Origin: an uncultured delta proteobacterium
GTDB lineage: Bacteria; Myxococcota; B64-G9
Reading direction: 5' to 3'
Assembly: GCA_963754925.1 (NCBI GenBank)
Contig: CAVWHX010000003.1
Location: 576,001 to 640,000 of the forward strand
Length of the DNA stretch: 64,000 nucleotides
Part shown: piece after piece, positions 61,245 through 64,000 of the stretch
Layout of the letters: each line of letters begins with the position of its first letter
Numbering within the stretch: the first letter of the stretch is position 1
The notes under the pieces: model-generated
The model's database searches: none
What the model saw: only the letters and a program-made list of their open reading frames with translations
What the model was told of the DNA's origin: nothing
Position numbers and translations under genes: made by a program

Positions 61245-62042
61245 ATGATAACTAGTTCATTAGGATTAAATGAGTCTGTCCTTGTATGGCTCCCGCTCTT
61301 GGGAATCATTGGTTTTTTAATATTGTCACTGGTGGTGTATTCAGTGCGAACGGCCATTCACGGCCGAAATTACTCTCAGCGAGTCAAGCAAGTGGGCGGC
61401 AGCATTCTGTTGAACGAGTACTTCATGGATTATGGTGTCTGGTTGATGCAACCACTTCTTCATGCAGCAAAAAAATTGCGGATACACCCCGACCAAATTT
61501 CAGTGGGGTCGCTGATTCTCCATGTTGCCGCCGCATGCGCGATCGGCCTCGGTGACTTTGGCGTGGGTGGGTTGTTACTGTGTTTTGGGGCAGGGTTTGA
61601 TTCCCTCGATGGGGCGGTGGCACGGGCCACGGGTCTGTCTTCCGATTCCGGGGAAGTGCTGGATGCAGTCGTCGATCGCTGGGCGGAGATGGCTGTTTTC
61701 TTTGGCTACGCTTGGTACTACCGTGATTTTCCATTAGGTTTTTTCTTGGCGGTGACTGCCTGCGCCGGCGCTGTTATGGTGAGCTATTCGCGGGCAAAAG
61801 GTGAATCCTTCAATATTCAGGCTAAGATGGGGCTCATGCAACGCCAAGAGCGCGGGGTCTACTTAGTAGTTGCCACCATCCTGGCCTCTCCTATTGAACA
61901 AATATGGCCCTCACCCGGGCGCCCGCAGTATTTGATCGTGTTAGTGGTTCTCGGTCTGATAGCCTTTTTCGGCAACCTCACCGGCATCCAGCGGACGATC
62001 TTCATTCGACGGGAGTTGCGCAAACGACAAGATCCCCGTTGA
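61245..62042 (+). CDS. CDP-alcohol phosphatidyltransferase
   Basis: DSLDGAVARATG..G..LDAVVDR signature; VSYSRAKGE..GLMQRQER (PI/PIP-synthase-like). Confidence 0.92.
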   Translation: MITSSLGLNESVLVWLPLLGIIGFLILSLVVYSVRTAIHGRNYSQRVKQVGGSILLNEYFMDYGVWLMQPLLHAAKKLRIHPDQISVGSLILHVAAACAIGLGDFGVGGLLLCFGAGFDSLDGAVARATGLSSDSGEVLDAVVDRWAEMAVFFGYAWYYRDFPLGFFLAVTACAGAVMVSYSRAKGESFNIQAKMGLMQRQERGVYLVVATILASPIEQIWPSPGRPQYLIVLVVLGLIAFFGNLTGIQRTIFIRRELRKRQDPR

Positions 62043-62051
62043 GAACAATCA

Positions 62052-63404
62052 ATGGCTAACGTTACCATCAAGACCGCCATTCCTGGCCCGCGATCGCAAC
62101 AAATTGTTGCCGCCGAGCAACGGCACCTCGCTCCCGGGCTGCAGGGTTTCGCCCTGTGGGCGGGTATTGCAATGCATCAAGGCCGGGGCAGCTACCTCAC
62201 CGATGTGGACGGAAACACCTATATCGATCTTATCGGCGGAATTGGGGTGAACTCGCTGGGTCACTGTCATCCCCGCTACGTCGAGGCACTCAAACGCCAG
62301 ATCGAGAAGCTCACGGTGGGAAGTTTCACCTCCGAGCCGCGCGCCGAACTTGTTAACGAAATAACAGCCGTAGCGCCGGCCGGACTCGACAGGTTACAGC
62401 TATACTCGGGCGGCGCCGAGGCAGTCGAATCGGCCCTTCGGCTTGCGCGTTGCTACACCGGGCGATCGGAGGTCGTGGGGTTTTGGGGGGGATTTCACGG
62501 AAAGACAGCGGGCGCCATGGCGGTCACCGGCTCGACCGTACGCCATGGCTTGGGACCGCTGCCGACCGGTGCGACCCTAATTCCCTATGCCGACTGCTAC
62601 CGTTGCCCCATAGGATTGACGTACCCCGCGTGCAGCATGGTCTGCGTTGAATTTATTCGTAAAGCCTTCAAGGTGCAGCCGGCAGGTCCGATAGCTGCTG
62701 TTATTGCCGAGCCGATGCAGGGTACGGCCGGAAACATCATTCCACCTCGAGAATTCCTACCGCTGGTTGCCGAAGCCACCCGTGAGGTCGGAGCGCTGTT
62801 CATTGCGGATGAAATGATCACGGGGATGGGGCGCACGGGCAAGTTCTGGGCGGTCGAACATACCGGCGTCAAACCTGATATCGTCACCATCGGTAAGGGA
62901 TTCGGTTCAGGATTTCCGGTGAGTGGTGTTCTGACACGCACCGAGATCGCTCAGACTCCGCCGTGGTCGAATCCATCCGGCGCTTCTTCGAGTTATGGCG
63001 GAAACCCTTTGGCCGCCGTCGCCGCCCTCACCGCCGTGCGCACTATCCGCGCGGATCGATTGTGGGAGAACGCGGCTCGCATCGGTTCTATCATGCTGGA
63101 AGACCTAAAGAAAATGCAGGAGCGCTATCCGTTCATCGGCGACGTACGCGGGGCGGGCCTGCTGCTCGGCATCGAGCTGGTTAAAGACAGGGCGAGCAAG
63201 GACCCACTCGACCATGCGATCACCAGACAGCTTTATACCGATTGCCTAAAGCGCGGTCTCTTGGCCATGGTGTATACTCCGCATATCCGTTTGCAGCCGG
63301 CGCTCACCATCGACGAGCAGGCGGCGCATGAAGGCCTCGGTATCCTTAATGAAGTCTTCAGTGATATGTACAAAAGTGGCCGATGGCGCGCGCGCCTAAC
63401 GTAG
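62052..63404 (+). CDS. Class III PLP aminotransferase
   Basis: DVDGNTYID, SGGAEAVE, GFHGKT, EPMQG, DEMITGMGRTG, GKG, YGGNP. Confidence 0.93.
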   Translation: MANVTIKTAIPGPRSQQIVAAEQRHLAPGLQGFALWAGIAMHQGRGSYLTDVDGNTYIDLIGGIGVNSLGHCHPRYVEALKRQIEKLTVGSFTSEPRAELVNEITAVAPAGLDRLQLYSGGAEAVESALRLARCYTGRSEVVGFWGGFHGKTAGAMAVTGSTVRHGLGPLPTGATLIPYADCYRCPIGLTYPACSMVCVEFIRKAFKVQPAGPIAAVIAEPMQGTAGNIIPPREFLPLVAEATREVGALFIADEMITGMGRTGKFWAVEHTGVKPDIVTIGKGFGSGFPVSGVLTRTEIAQTPPWSNPSGASSSYGGNPLAAVAALTAVRTIRADRLWENAARIGSIMLEDLKKMQERYPFIGDVRGAGLLLGIELVKDRASKDPLDHAITRQLYTDCLKRGLLAMVYTPHIRLQPALTIDEQAAHEGLGILNEVFSDMYKSGRWRARLT

Positions 63405-63427
63405 CCAGGAAGGAGACAAGTCAACGT

Positions 63428-64000
63428 ATGTGGAAACAATCGCCAACACAACAGCAGGTCCTAAAGAAACAAAGTGTACAACGCAACGGGCGCCGGCGGG
63501 GCGCTCTCATTGGTTACGGATTCATCGGCAGCCTAGGCCACATCCCCGCCTATCTTGAGCGCCAAAAAACCCAAGGAGACGTCACCATCGTGGCAGTGGC
63601 TGATATCTGCAACGAGCGACGAAACCTGGCGGTTAAAAACCTTCCGGGTGTGCGCATCTATGACTCGCACAAAGCCCTCTTGGCCGCTGAGGGAAACCAG
63701 CTTGATTTCGTCGATATCTGCACACCGCCCTGCGACCACGCCGCAATCGCGCTCGCTGCCCTTGAACGCGGTCTGCATGTGTTATGTGAAAAACCGCTCT
63801 CAGTCACTCGAGAGGATGCCGCAGCGCTCGTGAAGCAGGCTATGCGCTGCCGGCGGGTTCTCTATCCATGCAATAACTATAAGTATGCGCCCATTGTAGT
63901 CGCCATCCGGGATATCATTCGTGGTGGTCAGATTGGCAGGATTCGCTCAATAAGCATGGCAACGTTTCGCAACACCCACGCCCGGGGCGTACTGGAATGG
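63428..64000 (+). CDS. Gfo/Idh/MocA-family oxidoreductase, truncated by window edge
   Basis: Manual translation: GALIGYGFIGSLGH...VAVADI...DFVDICTPPCDH...HVLCEKPL; AGGAG RBS. Confidence 0.9.
   Translation, partial: MWKQSPTQQQVLKKQSVQRNGRRRGALIGYGFIGSLGHIPAYLERQKTQGDVTIVAVADICNERRNLAVKNLPGVRIYDSHKALLAAEGNQLDFVDICTPPCDHAAIALAALERGLHVLCEKPLSVTREDAAALVKQAMRCRRVLYPCNNYKYAPIVVAIRDIIRGGQIGRIRSISMATFRNTHARGVLEW

Noticed and set aside
1..64000. tRNA, rRNA, prophage or integrase genes
   Set aside because: None recognisable by eye; tRNAscan-SE/Infernal were not run.

Overview
Chromosomal window from a GC-rich bacterium. Gene content (TonB_C-fused receptor, Re-citrate synthase, GTAG/CGTC-type REPs) suggests Myxococcota/Deltaproteobacteria; this is inference. 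No rRNA, tRNA, CRISPR array or prophage was seen. Left to right: Xre-RES toxin-antitoxin; HEAT lipoprotein; cutA; class II GATase; a degenerate MCP-like/CheA-like pair followed by an exported HEAT protein and a lipid kinase; a YbhGFSR-type ABC exporter; terB; a nested REP cluster; glpD; CYTH-ppk1; radical SAM; queC, whose 3' end is duplicated around a ZIP transporter; a metal-uptake TonB operon preceded by a His/Cys leader ORF ending in APKNSPPA; esterase; purU; rhlE; a sigma54 nitrogen block (archaeal-type asparagine synthetase, two amtB-glnK units, porin) sharing one paired TACA-N4-TGTA motif at fixed spacing; Re-citrate synthase with a Cache-like tail; metY-rrf2-cysK; kdpFABCDE; larE-mnmA-nadA; an IS481-like element with a 16-bp target duplication; and a CDP-alcohol phosphatidyltransferase/aminotransferase/dehydrogenase operon. 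At least eight genes plus the transposase are broken by apparent single-base indels, most in short homopolymers and most likely assembly errors. Best candidates for novelty: the leader-ORF/TonB system, the degenerate chemosensory pair, the sigma54 enhancer motif, and the hairpin element found inside other REPs.
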